From Octopus sinensis (lineage: Eukaryota), in assembly GCF_006345805.1 (NCBI RefSeq), contig NC_042999.1, positions 868,001 to 932,000 of the forward strand: 64,000 nt of DNA. The letters run 5' to 3'. Below, piece by piece: positions 1 to 12,620 of this stretch (its first letter is position 1; every line of letters starts with the position of its first letter). Position numbers and translations under genes: made by a program. The notes under the pieces were generated by a model. The model ran no database searches. It saw only the letters and a list, made by a program, of their open reading frames with translations, and was not told where the DNA came from.

Positions 1-220
1 AACAAGTATGGGTCATTCGAAGTTTTCTTTCCTCCGTCGAGTACCAGATTATCTTAGCCTTTTATCTTCAGTCAAGAACCGGACCATACTCGCAATTTCG
101 GCTGGTTATACTAGAGATTGCTCCAATCTGGCCAGCCCCAAGGAATAACTAATCTAAGAGCATTAGATTCCTTGGAAGAAAGCAGCGAATGTATACAAAA
201 ACAAGGACGGAAAAAACGGA

Positions 221-358
221 TAGCGGTTCGGCAAAAGGGACCGATAGAATATGTACTAGGCTTACAAAGAATAAGTGCTGGGGTCAATTTGCTCGACCAA
301 AGGCGGTGCTCCAGCTTGGCTGCAGCCAAATGACTGAAACAAGTAAAAGAGTAAAAGA
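221..358 (+). mobile_element. SINE family A, 5'-truncated copy (3' half only)
   Basis: Matches the 3' half of the full copies (TAGCGGTTCGGCAAAAG...GGCGGTGCTCCAGC...GACTGAAACAAGTAAAAGAGTAAAAGA). Confidence 0.85.
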
Positions 359-530
359 ATATATATATGTATATATAAACATAATACATCGGGTAATACT
401 AAATTATTATTACCAGTGGCCTAGCACAAAAACGAATTAGTCATTAGACTATATATTATTCATATAGAAATACAATCAGAGGCTTCCAAATAGGAAAGCG
501 TTGTGCTAGAAAGAGCAGTAGAAATCTCAA

Positions 531-656
531 AAACCACAAAAAAAAGGATAAATTCTCGAAAGGAATGAAAATTAAAAACGTTTACCATCTCAAGTTGAGA
601 TGGTAAACGTTTTTAATTTTCATTCCTTTCGAGAATTTATCCTTTTTTTGTGGTTT
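531..656. repeat. Near-perfect ~126-bp palindrome (arms ~63 bp, centre at 594)
   Basis: AAACCACAAAAAAAAGGATAAATTCTCGAAAGGAATGAAAATTAAAAACGTTTACCATCTCAA-G-TTGAGATGG...GTGGTTT. The only difference is one base in the A/T run. Confidence 0.95.
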
Positions 657-676
657 ACATACATATATGTATATAT

Positions 677-1085
677 AGGAGTGGCTGTGTGGTAAGTAGC
701 TTGCTAACCAACTACATGGTTCCGGGTTCAGTCCCACTGCGTGGCATCTTCGGCAAGTGTCTTTTGCTATAGCCCCGGCCGACCAATGCCTTGTGAGTGG
801 ATTTGGTAGACGGAAACTGAAAGAAGCCTGTCGTGTATATGTATATATATGTGTGTGTGTTTGTATGTGTTTCTGTGTCTGTGTTTGTCCCCCTAGCATT
901 GCTTGACAACCGATGCTGGTGTGTTTACGTCCCCGTCACTTAGCGGTTCGGCAAAAGAGACCGATAGAATAAGTACTGGGCTTACAAAGAATAAGTCCCG
1001 GGGTCGATTTGCTCGGACTAAAGGCGGTGCTCCAGCATGGCCGCAGTCAAATGACTGAAACATGTAAAAGAGTAAAGAGTAAAGA

Positions 1086-1087
<2 letters not shown>
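677..1087 (+). mobile_element. SINE family A, full length (tRNA-like head, CORE-like segment, internal TA/TG microsatellite, CR1-like tail)
   Basis: A-box-like TGGCTGTGTGG, B-box-like GGGTTCAGTCCC, CTTCGGCAAGTGTC, and a (GTAAAAGA)n tail. More than 8 near-identical copies occur in the window. Confidence 0.9.
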
Positions 1088-1143
<56 letters not shown>

Positions 1144-1230
1144 GTTGTATGCATGAATGTATGTACGTACGTATTCAGTACGCAAATATACTCACTGAGT
1201 GACACACACTCGCATGTGTGTAGTATATAT

Positions 1231-1613
1231 GTGGAAACACTCCGTCGGTTACGACGACGAGGGTTCCGGTTGATCCGATCAACGGAACAGCCTGCTCGTG
1301 AAATTAACGTGTAAGTGGCTGAGCACTCCACAGACACGTGTACCCTTAACGTAGTTCTCGGGGATATTCAGCGTGACACAGAGAGTGACAAGGACGGCCC
1401 TTTGAAATACAGGTACAACAGAAACAGGAAGTAAGAGTGAGAGAAAGTTGTGGTGAAAGAGTACAGCAGGGATCACCACCATGCCCTGCTGGAGCCTCGT
1501 GGAGCTTTAGGTGTTTTCGCTCAATAAACACTCACAGCGCCCGGTCTGGGAATCGAAACCGCGGTCCTATGACCGCGAGTCCGCTGCCCTAACCACTGGG
1601 CCATTGCACCTCC
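1231..1613 (-). mobile_element. SINE family B (middle module M1 + tail T1), full length
   Basis: Reverse complement of the 13104-13490 copy. tRNA-like head with GGTTTCGATTCCC B box. Flanked by the direct repeat GTAGTATATAT (1220-1230, 1614-1624). Confidence 0.9.
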
Positions 1614-1886
1614 GTAGTATATATACGGTCTCGTCTTAAAACTGTTGTAATGGTTTTGGTGCCTGGGCGAATGAAGTTGCCGACGAAATTCATAGCGGCA
1701 ACTGTTTTAACGCCTGCTACTACTACTACTACAACTAGTAGTAGTAGTAGTAGTATTGTTCGCTACTAAACATTGTATTTCCTACTTTCTCAATATCACT
1801 CCTTTCAATTAACTCTTTAATCATGTGATAAATATTACATTCCCCTCACCCCACGCCGTTGGCATCTCTCCTACTCCCCCTTCGTT

Positions 1887-1918
<32 letters not shown>

Positions 1919-2092
1919 GATCTTTGCCTTCTCTCTTCTACTAATCACGTGACAGCGTAACGTACGTCTGCCTCAGTGTACTGATAGATATAGATTTTTT
2001 AACATGAAGACCGAAGAACATGGAGTGTCCTGGGAATTGAGTACTTTTTATTCAAAGGAGGTGGGCAGTAGTGTGCTGGAAGGTGCACATTT

Positions 2093-2469
2093 ATTCTTTT
2101 ACTCTTTTTTACTCTTTTACTTGTTTCAGGCATTTGACTGCGGCCATGCTGGAGCACCGCCTTTAGTCGAGCAAATCGACCCCGGGACTTACTCTTTGTA
2201 AGCCCAGTACTTATTCTATCGGTGTCTTTTGCCGAACCGCTAAGTGACGGGGACGTAAACACACCAGCATCGGTTGTCAAGCAATACTAGGGGGACAAAC
2301 ACAGACACACAAACACACACACACATATATATATACATATATAGGACGGGCTTCTTTCAGTTTCCGTCTACCAAATCCACTCACAAGCCTTTGGTCGGCC
2401 CGAGGCTATAGAAGAAGACACTTGCCCAAGATGCCACGCAGTGAGACTGAACCCGGAACCATGTGGTTG
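2093..2469 (-). mobile_element. SINE family A, slightly 5'-truncated
   Basis: Reverse complement of 677-1087. Confidence 0.9.
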
Positions 2470-3463
2470 ATTTGTTTCAGTTATTGAACTGAGGCCATGC
2501 TGGGGCAGCTCATAGAAGAAACCATAGTTATCTTCGGCGGTACATGAACTCAGATTGCTAGAGAGAACACTACAATACATCCCTCGATCTAACGACTCTG
2601 CCATTTTCTAAACACGTTTTCTTTTTCCCCAGGACGGCTGCTGGCAAAATCATAAGTGCATCGAACAAACTGCTTTCCAGCATTTCTTCGAGCTCTTTAG
2701 TTTTTCTGAGTTCTAACCCCACCGGGGTAAAATTTGCCTTTCCTCTTTTCAGGGTCAATCAGTAACAAAAAGCTCCACGAGACTCCGGCAGTGGGTGTCT
2801 TCTTACCACACAAACATGCTTGTGTAAAAATATTCACATATATTTATATATCGTACGATTAGGCCTCAAAATGAAAGAAAGTGCTCCACATATTTCGTAG
2901 GAGTAGCACGAACCCACAACCGGATATCTATAGAATCAGAAGAAAGAGAGTTGAAAGAGATTTTGAAAATGGCCTTTATTCATACACGACATATACGTAT
3001 ACACAAACACGAGCGTTCACATATTTATACATATATGTGCATTTATATATGTATGTATATGTGCATATATGTATGTGTGTATATACATAACTGAGAGAGA
3101 TAAAAGACGAAGAACTAGAATAAAATGTGATATATTGAATGGCCAGGCCGAGCAGATATTTGGATATTCCGAAACTATCTGAATGTTAACATTGTTAGAT
3201 GTGTTAATAGCTTGCTTTTTATGGATAACTTTAAAAGAGAAATATAAAGATAACTGAGAAACCAAATTCCTGTTTTATAGCAATTCTTACTGCGTGTTAA
3301 AGATATAAAAGTTCCATTACCAGATTTGTTCAGCCCACCAGTTGAAAGACCGTAATGGACTCACTAGTGTATCTGTATATGTGTGTACGCATGCGTGTAC
3401 ATATATGCGCACGGCCATGTTTTCTTACGTAGAAATATATATATATATTATATATATATATAT

Positions 3464-3498
<35 letters not shown>

Positions 3499-3779
3499 AT
3501 GTGGTCCGGTGTGTATGTGTGTTTAGTGCTTGCGACGTTTGTGTGTGAATAATCTCGGTATAACTTGATTTGCACAATTCAACTAAGACCATAATTTAAA
3601 GCCTGACAGCAGAGTCTGAGATATTTTGTTAATTTATAAGTACATGATCAAATACTCGGAACTGGAGAATAGTCAGATCCTTCCTCTCTTCCTCCGTTTC
3701 TCTCTATCTATCTCATACTCTCTCTCTTTCTCTCCTCGTTTTCTCGCTCTTACTCTGTGTTCGCTTCTCAAGCCATATT

Positions 3780-3885
3780 ATCTTACACACACATACATAC
3801 ATACACACACTATACACATACAGACACACAAACACATATATATGGTCAGATACCGATATATATGTTTGTCTTTATATATATATAC

Positions 3886-3920
<35 letters not shown>

Positions 3921-4063
3921 TATGTAATTATATATATATATTTACATACATATATATATATATATACACATATATATATATATATGTATGTATATATGTA
4001 TGTATGTGTGTATATACATATATATGTTTGGGTATATATACATATATATGTGTGTGTATATAT

Positions 4064-4135
<72 letters not shown>

Positions 4136-4620
4136 GTGTGTGGATATATATATATGCATATATATCCACACACATATATGTGTGTGTATGCGCGTGCGAG
4201 TGAATGTATTCACGCCCTACACGCACGTATATATAAATGTCAGTATATATTTGTAAATGTGAATATCTGTATCAGGTATTTTGATATTGGTCACAGAATT
4301 ACTCGATGCTAGTTGAAAGAATCTTTTTAAATGCTAAACGGTTGGGTCTGGAACTGCATCTCTTCAACACATGATACACTTTTAGCGAAGCTTAAATTGT
4401 ATATCCACCACATATATATATATGTGTGTGTCTGTGTGTCCGTGTGTCCGTGTGTGTGTGTGTGTGTGTGTGTGTATGCATGTATGTAAGTATGTATGTA
4501 TGTATGTGTGTGTGTATGTATGTATGTATGTATGTATGTATGACTGTATGTATGTATGTATGTATGTATGTATGTATGTATGTATGTATGTATGTTTGTA
4601 TGTATGTATGTATATTTGTG
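3780..4620. repeat. Compound CA/TA/TG/TATG microsatellite field
   Basis: Direct inspection. Confidence 0.9.
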
Positions 4621-4622
4621 TG

Positions 4623-5450
4623 GCATTATTCAGTTATATTTAAAGATTTCTTGAAATAGAGAAAGAGCCGGTTTCTAACTTAGATCGAAGGCTTCTTCAT
4701 TGGAATTTAACATCGGCAGAGTATTTTTGTAGGTGCAGAAGTGGCTGTGTTGTAAGTAGCTTGCTTACGAACGACATGGTTCCGGGTTCAGTCCCACTGC
4801 GTTGCACCTAGGCCAAGTGTCTTCTACTATAGCCTAGGGCCGACCAAAGTCTTGTGAGTGGATTTGAGAGACGGAAACTGAAAGACGCTCGTCGTATATA
4901 TGTATATATATATGTATATATATGTGTGTGTGTGTGTGTGTTGTTTGTGTGTCTGTGTTTGTCCCCCAACATCGCTTGACAACCCATGCTGGTGCGTTTA
5001 AGTTTCCGTAACTTAGCGGTTCAGCTAGAACAAGTACTAGGCTTACAAAGAATAAGTCCTGGGGTCGATTTGCTCAACTAAAGGCGGTGCTCCAGCGTGG
5101 CCACAATGAAATGACTACAACAAGTAAAAGAGTAAAAGCGTAAAAGAGTATGTATATGTGCAGATTGTATGTTTTCTGTATGTATTCTCATGCATATAAT
5201 TGCATATCTACACATAATCACATATACTTAAATGATAAACTTCTGGAAAGTTTTACAGATTTTTACAGTTCCAGTGATGGACTGGATCTGTAGTCTTCGA
5301 ATTAGCTTTCATGTTTCTGCTTTTGAGAAGCCTAATATATGTTATTATTCAGTTTATTTCAAGATTTCTTGCCAATAGAAATGGAACCGGTTTCTAACCT
5401 AGACCTAAGGTTCCTTCGCTGGAATTTCAACACCAACAACAGGGTATTTT
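4623..5450 (-). mobile_element. RLE-type non-LTR retrotransposon 3' ends (two tandem partial copies) in (TATG)n, interrupted by SINE A
   Basis: Minus strand 5337-5228 reads LGFSKAET*KLIRRLQIQSITGTVKICKTFQKFII*, resembling the C-terminus of RLE LINE ORFs. The 3'UTR segment is duplicated at 4623-4730 and 5341-5450, each abutting (CATA)n. Confidence 0.6.
4730..5148 (+). mobile_element. SINE family A, full length, diverged
   Basis: Same head, body and tail as 677-1087. Confidence 0.88.
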
Positions 5451-5895
5451 TATGTATGTATGTATGTATGTATGTATGTATGTATGTATGTATGTATGTA
5501 TGTATGTATGTATGTATGTATGTATGTAGGTATGTATGTATTATGTATGAATGTATGTATGCATGTATGTATGTATGTATGCATGTATGAATGCATGTAT
5601 GTATGCATGTATGTATGTATGTAAGTATGTATGTATGTATGTATGTATGTATGAGTCGGTGGCTGGATGGATGGATGGATGGATGGATGGATGGATGGAG
5701 AGACGGATTTACGAATAGATGGGTTGATGACTGCCTGACTAGCTGGATGAGTGGTTGGTTGGATGGATGCATGCATGTATGTATATGTGTGTGTATGCGT
5801 GTAGCTGTGTGTGTATATATATGCATGCATGTATATGTGCGTACAAGTATGTAGTTATATATGAACATACGTATGCATGTATGCATGTATGTATT
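5451..5895. repeat. (TATG)n/(GGAT)n microsatellite field
   Basis: Direct inspection. Confidence 0.9.
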
Positions 5896-6287
5896 ACGTA
5901 CGTTTACACCCCCACGCCATTCATTTGACAGTTGGCAAAGATATATTTTAGAAATAGGTGGTTAAATTCATGCTTCAATATTTAGGCTGGCAAAGCACTG
6001 AACTAATGCAAGGATATTTCGTTTATGCATTTTTCATTGATGAGGTCACGGACGACAACGAACGGACTCTGACAGACCTCATTGACTGTTTGATTGTCCA
6101 AGCGATAAATCGAACAATCGATTAATTTACGGCTTCAAGGATTGACTAACAATAAGAAAAGAAGTGAACGAGAAGCAGTGCGTGTGTTTATTATTGGCAT
6201 AATGACCCTTCAAAGACAGAAGAAAGTTTATGGATAGTTGTACTTAAATCTTTAAACTTCAAAGAAATTGTTGATCCGAAGGTAGTC

Positions 6288-6883
<596 letters not shown>

Positions 6884-7010
6884 AATTTTATATTTTATAT
6901 ATTTTTTATTAATTAATTTTATTTCTATGTATTGGTTTATGATTTTCACTGTTTGATTTGCCTAATAGTGGTTTTATCTCTAATTTAATATATATATATA
7001 TATATATATA

Positions 7011-7104
<94 letters not shown>

Positions 7105-7152
7105 TTATATATATATATATGAGCGAGAAAGAAGCAACAAGAATGGATTAGT

Positions 7153-7242
7153 TTTTAGTACAATGTTTCATACAAAGACAGGCTTTATTACAAGTTGCAA
7201 AAATTGCAGCAGATAAAAGTGTCCCGTACTCATCAGCTAAAA
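7153..7242 (-). ncRNA. Type I hammerhead ribozyme motif
   Basis: UUUUAG-CUGAUGA-GUAC GGGAC...GUCUU UGUAU-GAAAC-AUU-GUA-CUAAAA: 6-bp stem I, intact core, GUA cleavage triplet. It lies in a ~310-bp insert between (TA)n arrays (7121-7430). Confidence 0.72.
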
Positions 7243-8267
7243 TACATTTGAGTTCTCTAGACATCTTAGTGGGTGAGGTTATACTCATGAAATATTGGAG
7301 ATAGTTCCATTAGAGGCAGATATAGGTTGTAAACAGTTTTCCAAAGTTCCTTATCACAGATTTTTAAAAACTTATTAGTTTCGAAGAGAAGATGAATCAA
7401 TCCATAGTGTAGATACTTAATTGCTTTGATTATATATATATATATATATGTATATATATGTATATATATATACATACATATATAAGTGTGGGCGTGTGTG
7501 TATGTAACGCATATGCGTCCACTAGTTTCCTCCCTAGCATCTTTCTACCGGCCAAATTTTGCTAACAATGCTTAAATCGATCTAAGGCTATCTATGCTGT
7601 AAAAGATGCTTATGGCACTGTGCCTCCCTCTCGATTGAACTGGAAACCATGATTTCTAAAACCGACAATGTAACCACATACTCACGAATGCGTCTGAAAT
7701 ATAAACAATAGATATTTATTTATTAATGGGATAAATAGAATCAATTTGTCAAGCATTTGCGTTCCGTTCTATTCAGTAAATGTTTATCATTGCTATTGAC
7801 ATTTTCCCAGGAGTTATAGAATGATATTTGTCTAGCACACCAGCGCGACAAACATCATCAGCTGCTTAACCTTTCGTGAAGAGACGTACCCATCAATAGG
7901 TCATCTGTTTATCTATTATACGTGACTACACAAAGTGACACTGCAGAACAATGTATTTACTTTAAAACAAAGACACAATGAAACATCTAATGCATATTTG
8001 ATCTCATTGCATATATTTCTATTTGTATATATTTCTATTTTCATTGGCTTTTATGTATCATGAATGCTACAACTATTTCTGTTTCGGAAAGCTTATGACG
8101 AGTTTAGGCATGAAGCCATATGAGAAGAACTCATACCACAAGATTGCATTTAAATTTAAGACTGTGTAGAACAGTACTTGTTCTATATTTTGGAGAGGAG
8201 GAGTCCTGTACATTATTTACATTATTTACATTGGACGGATATGTCCTCCTCGTCTTTTTTTGTTGTT

Positions 8268-8313
8268 ACCACAACGTTTCGGCTGATTTTCTCTCCGGCC
8301 TTCATCAGTTGCC
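8268..8313 (-). ncRNA. Minimal type I hammerhead motif (family E), stem I eroded
   Basis: CUGAUGA-A-GGCCG...CAGCC-GAAAC-GUU; homologous to 19668-19713. Confidence 0.55.
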
Positions 8314-8402
8314 CTGGTAGAATTTCAAGCCCAACCCTGGGTTCTCATTACTAAGGTATTTTTTGCTGATGTTATTATTATTATTATTATTATTATCATT
8401 AT

Positions 8403-8953
8403 TGAGTGAGAGAGCATTTCATGCCATCAAAGTGACACTGGGGTAAAATATACGAAGCCCAGTATACCCATCATGACTACCCGTCTGATAAGGGTACACC
8501 AGGCACATGCATCACAACCATATGTGCGCGACATGGTGATCTCATATCAAGATAAACAGCACATGACCTTGCAGGTGGGGCCCAGTTAGAATTTTCTTCA
8601 GCTTGAGTTGCCCATCCCGCTCAAAATGTCCCTGAATAAGGGTTGTTTAAGGATGTTGAACGAAACACCCATGTTTCCAGAGGTGAACTATTCAAACCCC
8701 AAAGAATCCCTCTCAACACATGGCTATGATGCTCCCCCACTACTTCTGCTCGTGATCAGAGATGCACATATCGTCAGCCACTAAGGGACATGCTCAACTG
8801 GTTAAGGTCAAACAACTGACAAGCAAATCTGTGGTATTGAGCAGAATATTTGCTGTAGCCCATCTTTTATACCAAGACAAAACAATGTACATGATAACAC
8901 TTCCAATCAGTTAAGATCAGAAGCCATGAGAACCACTGGTACTGCATCAGGGC
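8403..8953 (-). mobile_element. Non-autonomous ~550-bp repeat family D inserted in (TAA)n
   Basis: Near-identical copies at 36617-37129, 37783-38476 and 54671-54898. Both ends abut ATT/TAA arrays. No tRNA head or ORF recognised. Confidence 0.85.
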
Positions 8954-8977
8954 TATTATTATTATTATTATTATTAC

Positions 8978-9008
<31 letters not shown>

Positions 9009-10375
9009 TATTCAAGGCACTGCCTGGAATTGAACTTGGAGTCTTAGGGTTAGTAGCCTGTACTCTTTACCATTACACTAAATTCCCATGGGCAATTATA
9101 GAGTGAATATTAGGGCTTATAAACCTAATATTTTTGCATTCTTCCTTAATACCAGTTCCCATATGCTACTTATATCTACACTAGGTCCGCTTAGGAGGTT
9201 ATTGTGTCCTAGCATATGTATGCCTCTTTTAGTTTTCGTGTTTTCCATTAGTGTTCTCTGTCGATTATTTTAGCTTCATCCCACAGGAGAAAGTGATCTC
9301 CGCTTTTCCATACATGATCAGCTATAAGAATACTTATATATTTATGAGATGTGACGTCCATGAGCTTCTTAATAAGAGCAGTGAAATTAACTCTGTTGAA
9401 AATTAGAATACACTAACAATGTAAATATATAAGGATCTTACTTATTTTGTTTTCTATGTAGCTATGATGTGTAAATAGCCACATGGAAGCCTCTACGTGG
9501 CCGTTCTTTGTGCTGGAAATAGCAACAGTCTTATTATATTACATACTACAGTTGGGGAAAAAGGAAGAACATGCTATGCAATTCATTGTCAATTATACAG
9601 ACAATGGAATAGTCATGGTTGGAAGCATTGATTTATTTTGGATAAATATGCGTTGTTTCTAGTATTGCGAGTAGAAACATATGAGAAGATGTTTAATTCT
9701 CAGGTAGTCATTTTGTTTTGGCTGTCTTACTGTCCGAACACCAAGTGTCTTGTCTTGTATCTCATTGTATATTAAGACCTGTGGACATATCTTTCAATGA
9801 GAGCATCTAGATATTCTTGGTCGATCGTTGCTTTGCTCGACCAGGGAAGACCTGAGGATAAATAGCTGTTCCTAAGTTTGGCAGGAGGCCTGCAATTTTA
9901 AAGGAAGGAGGCTATCCGATACACAATCCCACTACTTGACTAATGCTTTCTCGTATCGATCCTGGAGCGGGGGATGTGTGCAAATTGACCTCGACGGGAC
10001 GGAAATTTCAATGTAAGGAAAAGAACAGACGAATTACTGCAAGGACCCAATTCAGTACACCGACCCCAATTCACCACCCTGTCTTGGAGATAAATAACGG
10101 TTTCTGATTTAGGTACATATGTATTTCATTGTTGAAAGTTAGCATGGATTGATCTGATAAGTATTTGGACAAAATTATTGGCAATTCGAACAGAAATGTA
10201 CAGAGTTCCGAGCAGTTATTCTCTCTTTCAGCTTTCAGATAATTTGGTCTCCCCTGGAATGCAACATGGTGCATCAATAAGTATCAGAAAGGCAGGAAGG
10301 AAAGACGGAGGTCTTCTAGGAAATAACACTATGTAAGGCTATGCGATCTCGGAAATCTTTGGCTGGCTGATTAAC

Positions 10376-10730
10376 ATTTCATTTCACTCAATCATTACCG
10401 TTGGTTATCATGATGATGATGATGGTGGTGGTGATGATGGTGGTGATAATGATGGTGACGAATATTTCATTTCACTCAATCACCACTGTTGGTTATGATG
10501 ATGATGGTGTCGCTGGTGGTGGTGGTAGTGGTGATGATAATTATGGTGGCCAAAATTTCATTTCACTCAATTACTGTTGGTTATGATGATGATGATGATG
10601 ATAATGATGGCGACGACGACGACGGTGGTGGTGGTGGTGGTGGTGGTGGTGGTGGTGGTAACGCTTTTGATGATGATGATGATGTTGATGACGATGATGG
10701 TGGTGGTGGTGGTTGCGGTGGTGAGGTTTG

Positions 10731-10799
<69 letters not shown>

Positions 10800-10890
10800 C
10801 GACGATGATGACGACGACGGCGACGAAGATGCCTATGACAGCGACAACGACAACGACGATGACGACGATAATTGAAATGATGATGATTAG
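10376..10890. repeat. Three ~90-bp tandem units (ATTTCATTTCACTCAAT..CTGTTGGTTAT + GAT/GGT triplets) running into a GAT/GAC/GGT microsatellite
   Basis: The unit anchor is seen at ~10376, ~10464 and ~10555. Confidence 0.85.
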
Positions 10891-11835
10891 AAGAAGGAAA
10901 AAAAAGAAAGAAGAATCTGTTACATTGCTTATGGACTGTATGGAACATTCAGCTCTCCTCTCTGTATATTACAACTAAATTTTATCAATATTCATTTCTC
11001 AGAATCTGTTCTTCATTCATTGAGAAGTTGAAACAAGAAGCTGTTTAACATGAAATTCAATCATTTAATGGTACTTTTGTTTGTCTCAAATCTTGTTCAT
11101 CACCCATAATGTTATATGTTAAAGATTTACGCGATAAGGTATGATGCCTTCTAATGTCTATTCTTTCCTTTGCATTGATTTCAACACGAAAGCTCCAGTC
11201 TGTTCAGATAAGTACATGAAGCGGCAGTGAAGGGTTAATCAATTATTTCTGCCAAAAATAACTGATTGCTTAATCTGCAATGAATTCTATATTTGAGAAA
11301 ATTATCTTTCTGACCCAGTGCATTGACTCTCAGCTACTCTGATAGCATCCGCTGGTTTGAGCTACTTTCCATTCTCACTCGCTAAGATAGATAACTTCAA
11401 CTGATACAACTCCTGATAGCGAAATTATTGGATCTACTAAGAGGTATAACCTCGCTCTTATAGCCTCAGCTCTCTTATCACAGCAATGATCCTTTCCTGG
11501 AATCGCTTTAGGCGTGTATTGAAATGCAATCTACTTAACTTATCGCAACCGACATTCAGAAGCAAAAATCTACAAATACTTTATTGACAAATATTAGCGT
11601 AAAATTTTCTTAGACATCACTATCCAATATTCTGCACCATCAAACCGTTTCGCCCAGTCTCTCTATATGTTTGTATGCTTACAATCTTTTTGTAAACCAA
11701 AGTATTTATGTTCTCCAAAATGGACCTTTCTCCTCCACATTAAACACCGCTAGCGTCTTGTGATATAAATTGAAATGAACATCACATCAATAAGTCTGTT
11801 CTGTTGAATAAATTCTAGACTTGCTTAAGTGCTTC

Positions 11836-11875
<40 letters not shown>

Positions 11876-12162
11876 TGTACATTTATACACATAAGAAGTA
11901 TCCTTCATAGGATTCGTTTCACGCTAGAAGGAACAGCTAAGTCCAAACCATTATTAGGGATAAAAATACGAAGGGAATGAAAAATAAAAACATTTACCAT
12001 CTATTTCCTGGACCATGGTTTCTGACTTATTTTAGCAAATAAAACATTTGCTAGGCGAAGTCTTCATCAACAGGTATGCCTAGATTAAAATTGTAAGTAC
12101 GAGGCAAATCCAGCATGTGCCTCTTGCTTATAAATTTTAATATTTTCAAGTCCACCGCGCAA

Positions 12163-12315
12163 GCGCAGTTTTTTTTGTCGGCAGCAAAAACATACCGCAT
12201 TTCTTCGAACAATTCTCCAGAAAAATTTATCAATAATTAATAATCAATAATTTTTTCTGGAAAACTGTTCGAAAAAATGCCGGTATTTTTTGGCTGCCGA
12301 GAAAAAAAAATGCGC
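12163..12315. repeat. Imperfect foldback (~65-bp arms), MITE-like
   Basis: GCGCAGTTTTTTTTGTCGGCAGCAAAAACATACCGCATTTCTTCGAACAATTCTCCAGAAAAA pairs with TTTTTCTGGAAAACTGTTCGAAAAAATGCCGGTATTTTTTGGCTGCCGAGAAAAAAAAATGCGC. Confidence 0.8.
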
Positions 12316-12416
12316 TGTCAACTTTGCTTTGGGATGGACTCTTCTTTACTGCAGGGTAAATAAAATTGCAATTTTTACTAGGCTGGCTTGATCATGGAAG
12401 GATATGTGTATGTGTA

Positions 12417-12620
12417 CGAGGGGGTGCTAAAAAATTCCTGGCTTTAATGGTGTCACGAAATGCCTGATTGGAGACCCACACGTCCGTGTTCTTTTACAGG
12501 GCTTAGAAAACTGAAGGAGGCTGCAATAAACGTTTGAATCTGAGAGGGGAATATGATAAATAAAATCATAATTAACTTATACTTCTGTATTTTATTTAAC
12601 CCTGGGCCAGGAACTTACCC
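12417..12620 (+). mobile_element. Mariner-derived short non-autonomous element
   Basis: TA + CGAGGGGGTGCTAAAAAATTCCTGGC left TIR, partial right TIR GCCAGGAACTT, and an internal remnant resembling the mariner transposase C-terminus (..NLRGEY..). Confidence 0.55.

Larger units (their letters stand above)
8165..9335 (-). mobile_element. Penelope-like element 3' end (GIY-YIG C-terminus, tRNA-like segment, (TAA)n, hammerhead-bearing terminal repeat), with family D nested in its (TAA)n
   Basis: Minus strand from ~9335 reads IADHVWKSGDHFLLWDEAKIIDREH*WKTRKLKEA, typical of the end of PLE endonucleases. It is followed by tRNA-like 9088-9010, then ATT repeats, then a terminal repeat 8375-8165 shared with 19624-19800 and 25100-25612. 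Confidence 0.75.

Noticed and set aside
3626-4312. 228-aa ORF and many similar YI/HT/CV-rich ORFs
   Set aside because: Read-through of TA, CA and TATG repeats.
4623-5450. X-Y-X arrangement suggesting a TRIM or LTR-retrozyme
   Set aside because: Y encodes an RLE LINE C-terminus and X is its distal 3'UTR. Tandem 3' fragments explain the pattern, and X has no convincing hammerhead core.
5905-6240. Repeat-free stretch with homeodomain-like sites (TGACAG, TTAATTTACGG) and a TGAGGTC/GACCTCA hairpin; possible enhancer or miRNA
   Set aside because: Short motifs are expected by chance in AT-rich DNA and the stem is too short for a pre-miRNA; cross-species conservation data would be needed.
10376-10600. 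Repeat-spacer-like pattern reminiscent of a CRISPR array
   Set aside because: Only three units, the spacers are related GAT/GGT triplet tracts, the context is eukaryotic and there are no cas genes; it is a minisatellite.
10489-10978. Poly-Asp/Gly, poly-Met and poly-His ORFs
   Set aside because: They are translations of GAT/GGT/GAC microsatellites, open in several frames on both strands, with no splice or domain evidence.
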